A DNA stretch of 64,000 nucleotides, from contig OZ024750.1 of NCBI GenBank assembly GCA_964016885.1, positions 24,366,001-24,430,000 of the forward strand, given 5' to 3'. Below, piece by piece: positions 1-12,215 of this stretch (position 1 is its first letter; every line of letters begins with the position of its first letter). The position numbers and the translations under genes were made by a program. The stretch comes from Eledone cirrhosa. Taxonomy: Eukaryota. The notes below the pieces were generated by a model. That model was not told the origin of the DNA and made no database searches. It was given only the letters and a program-made list of their open reading frames with translations.

Positions 1-66
1 ATATATATACATATATATATACATACTAAATGTGTATATATATATATACATACTAACTGTGTCTAT

Positions 67-197
<131 letters not shown>

Positions 198-344
198 CTG
201 TGATAATGATGATATATAGAACAGTTTTGGTAACGTGGTGTATGTGCTGCTACCTCCAGGATTCTTACTTATCAAATTATAAGAAAACATTTCAGTAAGA
301 TGTAAATGTTAGTTTAACATATATTCTTTCAAAAACATACATAC

Positions 345-357
345 AGGAGGACCCAGC
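345..357 (-). other. Candidate 13-nt microexon
   Basis: The minus strand reads tttttttcatctttcag|GCTGGGTCCTCCT|gtatgt: polypyrimidine tract plus CAG acceptor and GTATGT donor, 13 nt apart. Confidence 0.4.
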
Positions 358-479
358 CTGAAAGATGAAAAAAACCTGTTGTAATGAAACACTACGCAGC
401 AGGATGTCACTGTCTGAGTTATTATGGTGGAGGCAAGATAAGGAATCACAGCAGGGTGGGAGAGACACTATTTGTGATA

Positions 480-1860
480 TTATGGGGTGGTGTGGTGTGG
501 TGTGGTGTGGTGTGGTGTGGTGTGGTGTGGTGTGGTGTGGTGTGGTGTGGTGTGGTGTGTTGGTCATAGTATGGATTGGAAGGGGACTGTGACATTATGA
601 GTGGAGTGTGGTTATGGTACGGGAGCTGGTGTGGTGTGGTGGTCATAGTATGGATTGGAAGGGGACTGTGACATTATGAGTGGAGTGTGGTTATGGTACG
701 GGAGCTGGTGTGGTGTGGTGGTCATAGTATGGATTGGAAGGGGACTGTGACATTATGAGTGGTGTGTGGTTATGGAGTGGAGTGTGGTTATGGAGTGGAG
801 TGGAGTTATGGTACGGGGGTGGTGTGGTGTGGTGTGGTGGTCATAGTATGGATTGGAAGGGGACTGTGACATTATGAGTGGTGTGTGGTTATGGAGTGAA
901 GTGTGGTTATGGAGTGGAGTGTAGTTATGGTACTGGTGTGGTGTGGTGGTCATAGTATGGATTGGAAGGGGACTGTGACATTATGAGTGGAGTGTGGTTA
1001 TGGTACGGGGGTGGTGTGGTGGTCATAGTATGGATTGGAAGGGGACTGTGACATTATGAGTGGAGTGTGGTTATGGTACGGGGGTGGTGTGGTGGTCATA
1101 GTATGGATTGGAAGGGGACTGTGACATTATGAGTGGAGTGTGGTTATGGAGTGGAGTGGAGTTATGGTACGGGGGTGGTGTGGTGTGGTGTGGTGGTCAT
1201 AGTATGGTTTGGAAGGGGACTGTGACATTATGAGTGGTGTGTGGTTATGGAGTGAAGTGTGGTTATGGAGTGGAGTGTAGTTATGGTACTGGTGTGGTGT
1301 GGTGGTCATAGTATGGATTGGAAGGGGACTGTGACATTATGAGTGGAGTGTGGTTATGGTACGGGGGTGGTGTGGTGGTCATAGTATGGATTGGAAGGGG
1401 ACTGTGACATTATGAGTGGAGTGTGGTTATGGAGTGGAGTGGAGTTATGGTACGGGGGTGGTGTGGTGTGGTGTGGTGGTCATAGTATGGATTGGAAGGG
1501 GACTGTGACATTATGAGTGGAGTGTGGTTATGGAGTGGAGTGTGGTTATGGAGTGGAGTGTGGTTATGGAGTGGAGTGGAGTTATGGTACGGGGGTGGTG
1601 TGGTAGTCATAGTATGGATTGGAAGGGGACTATGACATTATGAGTGGAGTGTGGTTATGGTACGGGGGTGGTGTGGTGTGGTGGTCATAGTATGGATTGG
1701 AAGGGGACTGTGACATTATGAGTGGAGTGTGGTTATGGAGTGAAGTGTAGTTATGGTGTGGGGTGGATAGGGAATCACAGCAGGGTGGGAGAGACACTAT
1801 TTGAGATATTATGGGGTGGTGGTCATAGTATGGATTGGAAGGGGACTGTCACAATCTGTC
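480..1860. repeat. G-rich compound minisatellite
   Basis: Constant block ggtcatagtatggattggaaggggactgtgacattatgagtgg (about 16 copies) with variable numbers of (gtggagtgtggttatgga) and (gtgtg) subunits. Confidence 0.95.
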
Positions 1861-2092
1861 ACATTATGGGATGGGTAGAGGAGCGTGTGGGTCACAGCAG
1901 GTGGGGTCGGAGTTATTATCTGAGTATTATTAGATGTTGGTATGGTGGTGCAGCGGGGGGGGGGGGGGTATAATTACCTGTCCTATAGGCTGGGGTAGAG
2001 TATCTCTTCTATGGTTTTCCAACTTTATAACATATACTTAATAACCTTGTCATTCTATCACAAATACTTTGTGTAGGATCATGTCAATAAAA

Positions 2093-2413
2093 GGGGGTGG
2101 AGGAGGAGAATGGGAGAGGGGGAGAAGGAGTGAGAAGGGTAGAGGGGGCGAGAAGGGGGGCGAAGGAGGGGGTGGGGAGGGTGGAGGAGAGGAGGGTTGA
2201 GGTAGGTGTTTGGGAAGGAGTGGGTGAGGAGTAGGGGTGGAAGAGGGGTTGCAGAGGGCTTAGAAGGATGGAGGAGAAGGTGGGAAGAGGAGGAAGGAAG
2301 GAAGGGAGAGAGGAGGAAGGAAGGGAGAGAGGAGGAAGGAAGGGAGGGAGGAGGAAGGGAGGGAGGAGGGAGGAGGAAGGGAGGGAGGAGGAAGGATGGG
2401 AGGGGGGAAGGAA
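2093..2413 (+). repeat. Polypurine GGA/GGGA low-complexity tract
   Basis: About 320 bp, strongly G/A-rich on the plus strand. Confidence 0.9.
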
Positions 2414-3034
2414 GCTGTGGAAAGTTAGATGGAATCTAACAACTTTCCATCACCTAACAGATGGCCAACTAAAAGATGTTAACACACATTTATACACAAA
2501 TATAAACACATACACACCTACATACATACATATGTATATACAGACACACACACCACAGATGCATACACACACACATGTATAAATACACAAACATACACAC
2601 CACACCTACATACATACATACACACACATACACTTGAATAAACATGCACACACACATAAATAAGTGTCCTCATTCACAGCAGATGAATTAATCATCAAAA
2701 GACTAATATCAAACACCAAATAGATAAAAACAAATGCCAGATATAGAGTTGGACTAGCAATCCCATTTAAGGTCTTTTTGAATAACCCTAAACCTCTGGC
2801 TTTTGTCAAACAGGAAATCACATGAGCTTTTTTTTTGAAAAAATACCAAATAATTCACTGATGGTAAATAGGAATTCTTTGATGATGTTTTTGATTAACA
2901 TAAGCCATTTATATTGAAGTCGTTCTAAATACATATAGAATATATTTTAACTGATTTTTTTTTTTTTTTTACCAAACTGCCTGAAACTACCCCTAAGTTC
3001 TGCAATTGAAAAACTTTCTTTTAATGTGTGATGT

Positions 3035-3145
3035 CTTTTTCTTCGCCCACTTATTTTTAAGAGGATCTCGGAGGCAGAAGCCTTCCAGTGGGTCCTGTCA
3101 GAAGCAACCAGCTTCAACTGATCCGGCTGAATTCCCAAGTGAGAC
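3035..3145 (-). mobile_element. RTE LINE extreme 3' fragment
   Basis: Similar to the 3' ends at 17325 and 38805 (GIQPDQL..VASDRTHWK). Confidence 0.65.
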
Positions 3146-3247
3146 CAAGAGCAACTCTCTGATCTTCAAGCTACGCACTCTATCGGGTAACATTTCCCCT
3201 AAAGACACTTCAGAGGAACCCCATTTTGGTCGTATTATATATATTTA

Positions 3248-3427
3248 TTGGCAGTATCGGTAGAGGGTCGGGCGCCATGCTTTGCAGCACAGTTACGTCC
3301 CTTTACGGACTGAGTTCAAATCCCGCCGGGGTTAACTTTGCCTTTCATCCTTACAGGGTCGATAAAATAAAGTACCAGTAATACACTGGAATAATTGCTG
3401 GCCTTGTGCCAAAAGTAGAAACAATTA
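3248..3427 (+). mobile_element. tRNA-derived SINE
   Basis: Same A/B boxes and core as the family representative. Confidence 0.88.
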
Positions 3428-3460
3428 TATATATTTATGTGTGGGTGTGTGTATAATTAT

Positions 3461-3646
3461 ATAATTGTTTCTACTTTTGGCACAAGGCCAGCAATTACCC
3501 AGTGCATTACTGGTATTTTATTTTATCGACCCCCGTAAGGATGAAAGGCAAAGTTAACCTCGGCAGGATTTGAACTCAGCATGGCAAGGGCCGTAACTCT
3601 ATGCATCAAAGCATGGCGTCCGACCCTCTACCGATATTGCCAATCC
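3461..3646 (-). mobile_element. tRNA-derived SINE
   Basis: Inverted copy 34 bp from the previous one. Confidence 0.88.
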
Positions 3647-4324
3647 ATATACATGAATATATATATGCAAAAGGTAAATGGAAAACAACACAACAAATGA
3701 TACAGTATAATGAAGAAATATATTAGTTTTACAACATAGTAGGAAAAGATGCTTAATGTTTTGGATGCTAGTCCTTCATCAGAAGATAGGAGAAATAAAA
3801 GAAAAAATAGACAGAAGAGAGTGAGAAGAGGAAGAAATGAAATGCAAAAGATTCTTTGGAGAAAAAGCCTGTCTGTGTTCAGTCAGCTGTTGGCGGGGAA
3901 AGTGTGTGTGTGTGTGTGTGTGTGTATGAGCTATTTGTGTGTGTGTGTATATATGAGCTGTTTGGTGGGGAAAGTGTGTGCGTGTATGTATATATGTAAT
4001 TAAGTATAAGTATACAGAGAGAGAGAGAGAGAGAAAATTATCAAGGTAGAATCTCAACATTCCAAAATAAAAAAAAAGAGAGAGAGAGAGAGAAGAACCT
4101 GATGAAATTCTTCATCTTCTCCAAGATAACAACAGTTACCTCTGCTTTATATAAAATCTAGCTGAGGTACCTAGCTTCACCCAGGTAAACAGATAAGAAA
4201 AGACTGGTAGAGATGCATTGTCTTGTTTACAGTATGTGGCGAGACCGTGTGTGTGTGTGTGTGTGTGGTGTGTGGTGTGTGGTGTGTGTGTGGTGTGTGG
4301 TGTGTGGTGTGTGGTGTGTGGTGT

Positions 4325-4355
<31 letters not shown>

Positions 4356-4384
4356 ACACAAAAAAAAAATAGTAAAGAAAATCT

Positions 4385-4690
4385 TCCAGATACACCAGAT
4401 TCTTTGTTGTACTGTTCGTGCATTGTATGTGAAGATTTCTAGGTGTTTTCACGCATGAAGAACCTACATATAACTGTCCATGAGGTGTTTTCACCTATAA
4501 CTGTCCATGAGTAAAAAATGATCATCTTGTATTCAATCCGACAACTCTGAGACTGACCCTGAGCTTTATTTATGGTCATACATAGCAAAACTGGCTCTAA
4601 CAGGGAACTGAAGTCTTGACAATTTGAGTGGCAGCTCGGTAGAGGAAGAGATGAGAAGAATCTTGGGAACAAATGCATTTTCCCTTTGAT
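4385..4690 (-). mobile_element. Helitron Rep/Helicase (PIF1-like) C-terminal remnant
   Basis: Frameshifted motifs MTINKAQGQS, HGQLYVGSSCV and TTKNLVY. Confidence 0.8.
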
Positions 4691-5931
4691 GTTAAGACGT
4701 CGGATAGAATGCTTTACAGTAATCGTCCCACCTCATTGCGTGCTCTGAGTTCAAATCCCGCCATGGTCAACTTGGCCTTTCATCCTTTGGAGGTCGATAA
4801 AAAAAGTACCAGTCCAGTACTGGGGTCGATTCTTCCTCTATAGAAAAAAATCAGCTGTGTTCAGACCTGGAGAGGGTTGGGCACCACCAGGTTTAAAGGT
4901 GCCCTAGACACATTGTATGACTGTGCCTCTGTGACTCCACAAGGAGCTATAGCACTTTATCCTTTATCAGTATCGATAGAGGGTCGGACGCCATACCATG
5001 CTTTGATGCATAGAGTTACAACCCTTGCCATTCTGAGGCAACTTTGCCATTCTGAGGTTAACTTTGCCTTTCATCCATATGGGGTCGATAAAATAAAGTA
5101 CCAGTAATACACTGGGTTATTTCTGGCCTTGTGCCAAAAGTAGAAACAATTATCTAATATGTACCCCTTCCATACACATGCACACGTGTATATCATGACT
5201 CATGCACTGTTCATTTTCCTGACGTTTGTACATTACCCTATGTACTATACATACACTTTTTGATGAGTTGTAGTGCACCTGAGCACTGTACACAATATTT
5301 TCATTATTATTATAACTTAATCCTAGAGGTAACTAATACTAACAGCAGGAACAACTAACACTAACCCCAGTAAAAACTAGTAAAAACAGCTACCATATTA
5401 GCTATGCCATAGTGCTGTGGTACTCTTGTTCCCATGGCACTATGGCACTCCCATGGAGCATGTCTTCAACACTCAGTAAACAGAGGAAGGAAAGGGGCCG
5501 AACTTCCTCCCTACCAATCATATATTAACACCAATTATCACATATACACATAATTCCTACATACAGATATATAGCCATATCCACACACAGCTACACACAC
5601 AGCTACACACACAGCTACATAGACACACATACAGTTAAACTCACACAGCCATAAATACAGACATACATATAATTGATACATACAGATATATAAAGCCATA
5701 ACCATACATAGCCAAACACACACAAAGTCAAACACACACACACAAATATTTAGCCAGATACACATACACACAGAGTCAAACACATACACAGTCACGCACA
5801 GCCATAAATACATACATACATACATACATACATACATACATACATAGTCATATTTATACAGTCACACACACACAGAGCCAGACATGCACAGAGAGAGAGA
5901 GAGAGAGTCAAACACACAGTCACATATACAG

Positions 5932-5999
<68 letters not shown>

Positions 6000-6438
6000 C
6001 CACAGTCAACATTAATTTTACTTGTTTCTTTTTTTTGTTTTTACTTAGTTACTATTCCCCAACCCCTGCCCTCTATACCAAAGCCATCAGCAGAGTTTGC
6101 ACTCCATTTTTATCATATTTTCCTCTTTTAGGGAATAAATTCTAACATGTCTTCCCACACCGCACCATCTGTCTTATTTTTCCTCTCCCTGCTCCTCTGT
6201 TTCTCTCATTTCCTTTTCCCTTCCTCCCTCACTCTATACTGTCTCTCTCCCTCCCCCTACACTATGCCACTGTTTCTCTCTTTCTTCCCCTTTTTAGCTC
6301 TCTCTCTCTCTCTCTCTCCCCCTCTCTTAACTCTTTCTATATCTCACCCCACCTCTCTCCCTCTCTCTCTTCTATATTGCAATAATTGCCATTTAAAACA
6401 TTCTGCAATTGGTTGGGGAATAGATAACTCTTGAGAAT

Positions 6439-6482
<44 letters not shown>

Positions 6483-6879
6483 AATAATAAGTGTGAAGAC
6501 TAAAATCCGAAGAGGGCAAAATATATAAAACAACAGAATATCCCTTTAATGGTGAAAGCAGCGATTCTTTGCTTAAACTTTAATCTGTTATTTTAATATA
6601 TATATATATATATATATATGGATAAAGGAAGAAGCGTGCTCTATGCTAAGTACAGAGCTAGAGTATATTATTATAAATAATTTCTCAACACAGTTGCATG
6701 CTACCTAGGGTTTCAAAGCCTACTCTAGTATAGGTCATAGAGATGTTATATCTACTAGTGTTGCTTATCTTTCAAGCAACTCTAACCTCAGATTGTGACA
6801 ACCCATCCAACCCATGCCAACACATAAAATAGATCTAAAACACTAGCATAGATCATAGACATGCTATATCTACTGGAGT

Positions 6880-7212
6880 AAAAACCCCTTTCGGTCCCGA
6901 ATGTCCACGAGATTTTCACCTAGAAAGTTCCCCGCCGAGCCACAAGTCTGGGCAAGTGTGTTTGTTTTGTAGAAAACCAGTATTTGCTCATGCATACCAG
7001 TCTCCTCTCTCCACACCACCAATGTTGTCCAAGGGAAAGGCAAAGACCAATACAGCTTGGCACCAGTGACATCGCAACTCATTTCTACAGCTGAGTGAAC
7101 TGGAGCAAAGTGAAATAAAGTGTCTTGCTCAAGAACACAACGCAAAGCCCGGTCTGAGAATTGAACTCACAACCTCCCGATTGCAAGACCGACGCTCTAC
7201 CCACTAAACCAT
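6880..7212 (-). mobile_element. Second tRNA-derived SINE family
   Basis: On the minus strand a tRNA-like head with box B GAGTTCAATTCTC is followed by gtgttcttgagcaagacactttatttc; related piece at 57560-57700. Confidence 0.7.
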
Positions 7213-7469
7213 AGTGTTGCTTATCTTTTAGGCAAATCTAAAGTCAGATTGTGACAACCCATCCCACCCATGCCAGCATGTAAAATGGATGTAAAACGAA
7301 GATGGTGGTAGTGATAGTGAAAGGGTTAAGTGACAAAGCAATCATCATCATCATCATATATGTACTTAAAACTATTTCAAATGCTTGATTCTACTTGAGA
7401 TGAGACATCTCAGAAGAACTTTTCCAAGAAACTCATGACTCAACTATTTCAATGCCTGCTATTATTGTT

Positions 7470-8035
7470 AACGTATGTGTGTGTATAAATGTGTCTGTAT
7501 GTATATATATATGCGTGTGTGTGTATATATATATATGTGTGTATATATATATGTGTGTGTGTGTTTATATATATATATGTGTGTGTGTGTATATATATAT
7601 ATATGTGTGTGTATGTATATATATATATATGTGTGTGTGTGTATATATATATATATGCGTGTGTGTGTGTATATATATATATATGCGTGTGTGTGTATAT
7701 ATATATATATGCGTGTGTGTGTATATATATGTGTGTGTGTATATATATATACATGTGTGTGTGTGTGTGTATGTGTATATATATATAAATATACCTGTGT
7801 ATATATGTATGTGTATATATATATGTATGTATATATTTATGTGTATATATGCACGTGTATGTGTATATATGCATGTAAATATATGTGTGTATGTATGTAT
7901 ATATGTATGTATGTACATATAAATATGTGTGTGTGTATGTATATATAAATGTCTGTGTGTACATATGTATATGTGTGTGTATATATATATATACGTATAT
8001 GTGTGTGTATGTGTATACATGTATGTTTATGTATG
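7470..8035. repeat. Compound (TA)/(TG) microsatellite
   Basis: Visible directly; similar tracts at 57700-58205 and 58492-59117. Confidence 0.95.
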
Positions 8036-8155
8036 ACACTCCAAATTAAGTCCCAACTAATTCCACCCCACTTGGAATTCACAAGATATTTACACCAAAG
8101 AACAACTTCTGACTAACTTTCTAAGTATATAGTGTAAAGTCAAAATATTATATAT

Positions 8156-8685
8156 GGTCAACTCAGCCTTCCATCCTTCTGGGGTCAATCAAATAAAGGA
8201 CCAGTCAAGTTTTGGGGTCGATGTAATAGACTTTCTCCTCCCCACAAATTGTTGGTTCTGTGCCTAAATTAGAAATCATTGGTGGATTGGCAGTATCGGT
8301 AGAGGGTCGGACACCATGCTTTGCAGAATAGAGTTATGCCCCTTTATGGTCTGAGTTCAAATCCCGCCGAAGTTAACTTTGCCTTTCATCCTTCTGGGGT
8401 CAATCAAATAAAGAACCAGTCAAGTTTTGGGGTCGATGTAATAGACTTTCTCCTCTCCACAAATTGTTGGTTCTGTGCCTAAATTAGAAATCATTGGTGG
8501 ATTGGCAGTATCGGTAGAGGGTCGGACACCATGCTTTGCAGAATAGAGTTATGCCCCTTTATGGTCTGAGTTCAAATCCCGCCGAAGTTAACTTTGCCTT
8601 TCATCCTTACGGGGGTCGATAAAATAAAGTACCAGTAATGCACTGGGATAATTGCTGGCTTTGTGCCAAAAGTAGAAACAATTAT
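8156..8685 (+). mobile_element. Tandemly duplicated SINEs (215-bp unit)
   Basis: 8170-8385 is repeated almost exactly at 8385-8600. Confidence 0.85.
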
Positions 8686-8894
8686 TAATAATAGTATTCA
8701 TAGAGTTCCAACCCTTTACGTTCTGAGTTCAAATCCTGCCGAGGTTAACTTTGCCTTTCCTCCTTATGAGGTTGAAAAAAATGAAGCACCGGTAAGGGGC
8801 CATAACTCTATGCTGCAAAGCATGGTGTCTGACACTTTACCAATACTGCCAGATAGTTTCTGATATAAGCACAAGGCAATAAATTGAGGGAGAG

Positions 8895-8986
<92 letters not shown>

Positions 8987-8995
8987 GTATGCATG

Positions 8996-9026
<31 letters not shown>

Positions 9027-9695
9027 ATGCATGCATGTGTGTGTGTATGTGCAGGTAAATGAATGTGAGTGTGTGTATGTGTGTTTGTATGAAAAACAAA
9101 ATAATGTCCCTGGTGACAAAATCCTGTTGAAGTAGGAAGAGGAAAGAATGCCATGTTAATAAAATTAAAGACAATGTGACTAGTTTAAATGTGTTTATGT
9201 TAAGTTGTTCCTAGGGAAGAGAGAAACCAGGAGGGATAGTTCATCTTTGTTGGTAATTGGTAAAAAATTAGTTGTGACCTTTCACTTAAGTTTCCTTATT
9301 TCTAGGTCAAATTCTGGTAGATAAAAAATAGACAGAGTTAATTGGACAGATCTATGTGACTTCGCAGTTTCTTTTTAAATATGTAAAACGTAAAATTGTG
9401 GAAAACACTCAATGAAAAAGGATAGTCTTTGTCAGTAAACAACAAATACAACTGCTATGGTGGCAAATATGTGTTTCATGCTGGTGCCATGATAAAATAC
9501 ACCCAGTGCAGTCAATAAAACCATGGAATGTATACAAGCAAGATGTAGGGCTCCAGTCAGTCTGAAAGGACAGTAACTCTGACTAAGTATTGACTTTGTC
9601 TGTAACAATTCGCACATCCCATGCCAGCATAGAAAAACGGATATTAAATGATAATGATGATAATGTTTTCTGTAATTAAGTATTTCTATTAAATA

Positions 9696-10032
9696 CTGTG
9701 TGTATCCATTTTAAAATAGGTACCGTGTAACCCTGTGTGTACCCATTTTAAAATAGGTACACTGTATCACTGTGTGTACCCATTTTAAAATAGGTACACC
9801 GTATCACTGTGTGTACCCATTTTAAAATAGATACACTGTATCACTGTGTGTACCCATTTTAAAATAGGTACACTATATCCCTGTGTGTATCCAGTTTACA
9901 ATAGGTTCACTGTATCCCTATGTATCCAGTTTAAAATAGGTACACTGTATCCCTGTGTGTATCCAGTTTAAAATAGGTACACTATATCCCTGTGTGTATC
10001 CAGTTTAAAATAGGTTAGATACACCGTATCCC
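9696..10032. repeat. 37-bp minisatellite
   Basis: ctgtgtgtacccattttaaaataggtacactgtatca, about 9 copies. Confidence 0.92.
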
Positions 10033-10613
10033 CATATGTGCTTGGTTTAGCCCTTTTCATATCAAGTAGCTCCAAACCACTTCTGGTTCTATGAAACAAA
10101 ACCACTCTTTTTAAAGGGTTCCTATTTCATTTAAAATCTTCCAGCATATTTTTCTATAAGAACCTTTTGTTAAGTTATTTTACAAATACCATCTTAATAA
10201 AATAATTTTACTAAATCCCTCTAAATCCTGTTATTTTTTTTCAAATACAATCAAGAAAGCCTGCCAAACAAAGGGCTGGGAAGACTCCTCAGTCATGTCA
10301 AGGACATGACAACCTCCCTATGTTGGTGATCTACAGGATAAACACACCCAGTACATGCTGTAAAGTGGTTGGTGATCGGAAGGGCATCCAGCCATAGAAA
10401 TCTTGCCAAACAAAGGGTTGGGAGGACCCTCAATTGTGTTAAAGACACAATAACCTCACCTGTGCACTTGGTGGAGCGGTGATCATACATAAGCGAGACA
10501 TAGATACCTGGTTGACCTGGGAGATCAGTGGCTCTGCTTCAGTACTAATGTGGTCTATGTAGCCCTCTCCAATCCTTACTACAGGGGAAAGTAGACGTTA
10601 AAATGATGATGAT

Positions 10614-10644
<31 letters not shown>

Positions 10645-11772
10645 GGTAGAATGTGAGACCGTACACAAGCGAGATGATAGATCCCTGTCTACCAGGGAGA
10701 TCAGTGACTCGGCTTTTATGCAGACCCGTCCAATCCTAGCTACCAGGGAAAGCAAAGGTTAACACGACAATGATGATGATAATGATGAATCTATTTCATT
10801 AGAAGTATGATAATGAAAGGATAAAAAAAGATCCATTGTCTCCCTGTGTTCTAAGAGGTGACTAAAAGGAGTTGGTGTTAGGAATGGCAACTGGCTATAA
10901 AATATACCCATGGTGCGTAAGAAGATTGTTATGAAACCTGCAAGAGTAACGCCAGGTTTAGCAACAAAATTGGCCTTAAAATGCTTGTTGTGCTGTTGTT
11001 GGTGGTACTACTATTATTATTATTTGCTTTGCAGCATAGAGTTATGGCCCTTTGTGTTCTGAGATCAGCTTTGCCTATCATCCTTACAGAGTTGATAAAA
11101 TAAAGCACCAGTAATGCACCGGGGCCAATTTAATCGACTTTCCCCTCCCCTCAAAATTGCTGGCCTTATGCCTATAGTAGTAATCATTATTATTATTCTT
11201 AAGGGTGGTGGATTGGCAGTATCGGTAAAGGGTCTGACGCCATGATTTGCAGCAAAGAGTTACGGCCCTTTATGGTTTGAGTTCAAATCCCGCCGAGGTT
11301 AACTTTGCCTTTACAGGGTCGATAAAATAAAGTACCAGTAATACACTGGGATAATTGCTGGTCTTGTACCAAAAGTAGAAACAATTATATATATATATAT
11401 ATATATTTTTTCCTCCAGATAATTTTAAGATTACAAGAATATTTCTTACTATTTCTTTTGGAAATCTAGTTGATAAAATTTCAATCCAGTTATTAATACT
11501 CGATTAAGAAACGCCTTCATTAGAAAGTTTAGACTGTAACATATAAATAAAAAGGTTATCCAGGAGATATGTAGACTATGATAACATGGGAAATATTTAG
11601 ACTATGATAATTGCTTGCTGTGACTGTGCCTTTATCTTTGCCCTTTTCATACTAACACAACCAAACCCACTGCAGGTTATATGAAACAAAACCAGCCATT
11701 TTAAAGGATTCATATTTAAATTCAAATCTTCCAACATGATCTTATTTAAGAACCATCTGTTAAGTTATTATC

Positions 11773-12215
11773 TTAACCCTTTAGCATTTACATTACTCAA
11801 TACTTACTATTGTATTTTTGTGGTAAAGGCTTTACTTCACATAATTATCTTACATAATATTGAATCTATGAGATGTTGATGTTATTTATTTTGTAAACAA
11901 TACTTTAATGTAGATATGAGTGGCCGGTTACAGCCGGCTTGAACCGAAAGAGGTGAGAGAGTTCTGGCCGGTTTAAGTGCTAAAGGGTTAATGGAGGGAG
12001 GAGTCAATTAACCATTTACATTACTCTATATTTACTACTGTATTTTCACAGCAAAGGCTTTATCTCACATAATATGAAATCTACAAGATTTTGATATTAT
12101 TTATTTTGAGAACAATACCTTAACATAAGTATGAGTGGCCAGTTAAGATTGGTTTGAACAGAAAGAGGTGAGAGAGTTCTGACCAGATATGGCTGGTTTA
12201 AATGCTAAAGGGTTA
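11773..12215. mobile_element. piggyBac-type MITEs (two adjacent ~215-bp copies)
   Basis: TTAA-CCCTTTAGCATTTA ... TAAATGCTAAAGGG-TTAA termini. Confidence 0.85.

Noticed and set aside
560-1860. CRISPR-like repeat/spacer appearance
   Set aside because: The linkers are reiterated simple subunits, not unique spacers; eukaryotic context and no cas genes. The same applies to the arrays at 43.3 kb and 60.6 kb.
9100-9230. Two strong minus-strand acceptor-like sites
   Set aside because: No matching donor or recognisable coding sequence follows before a microsatellite.
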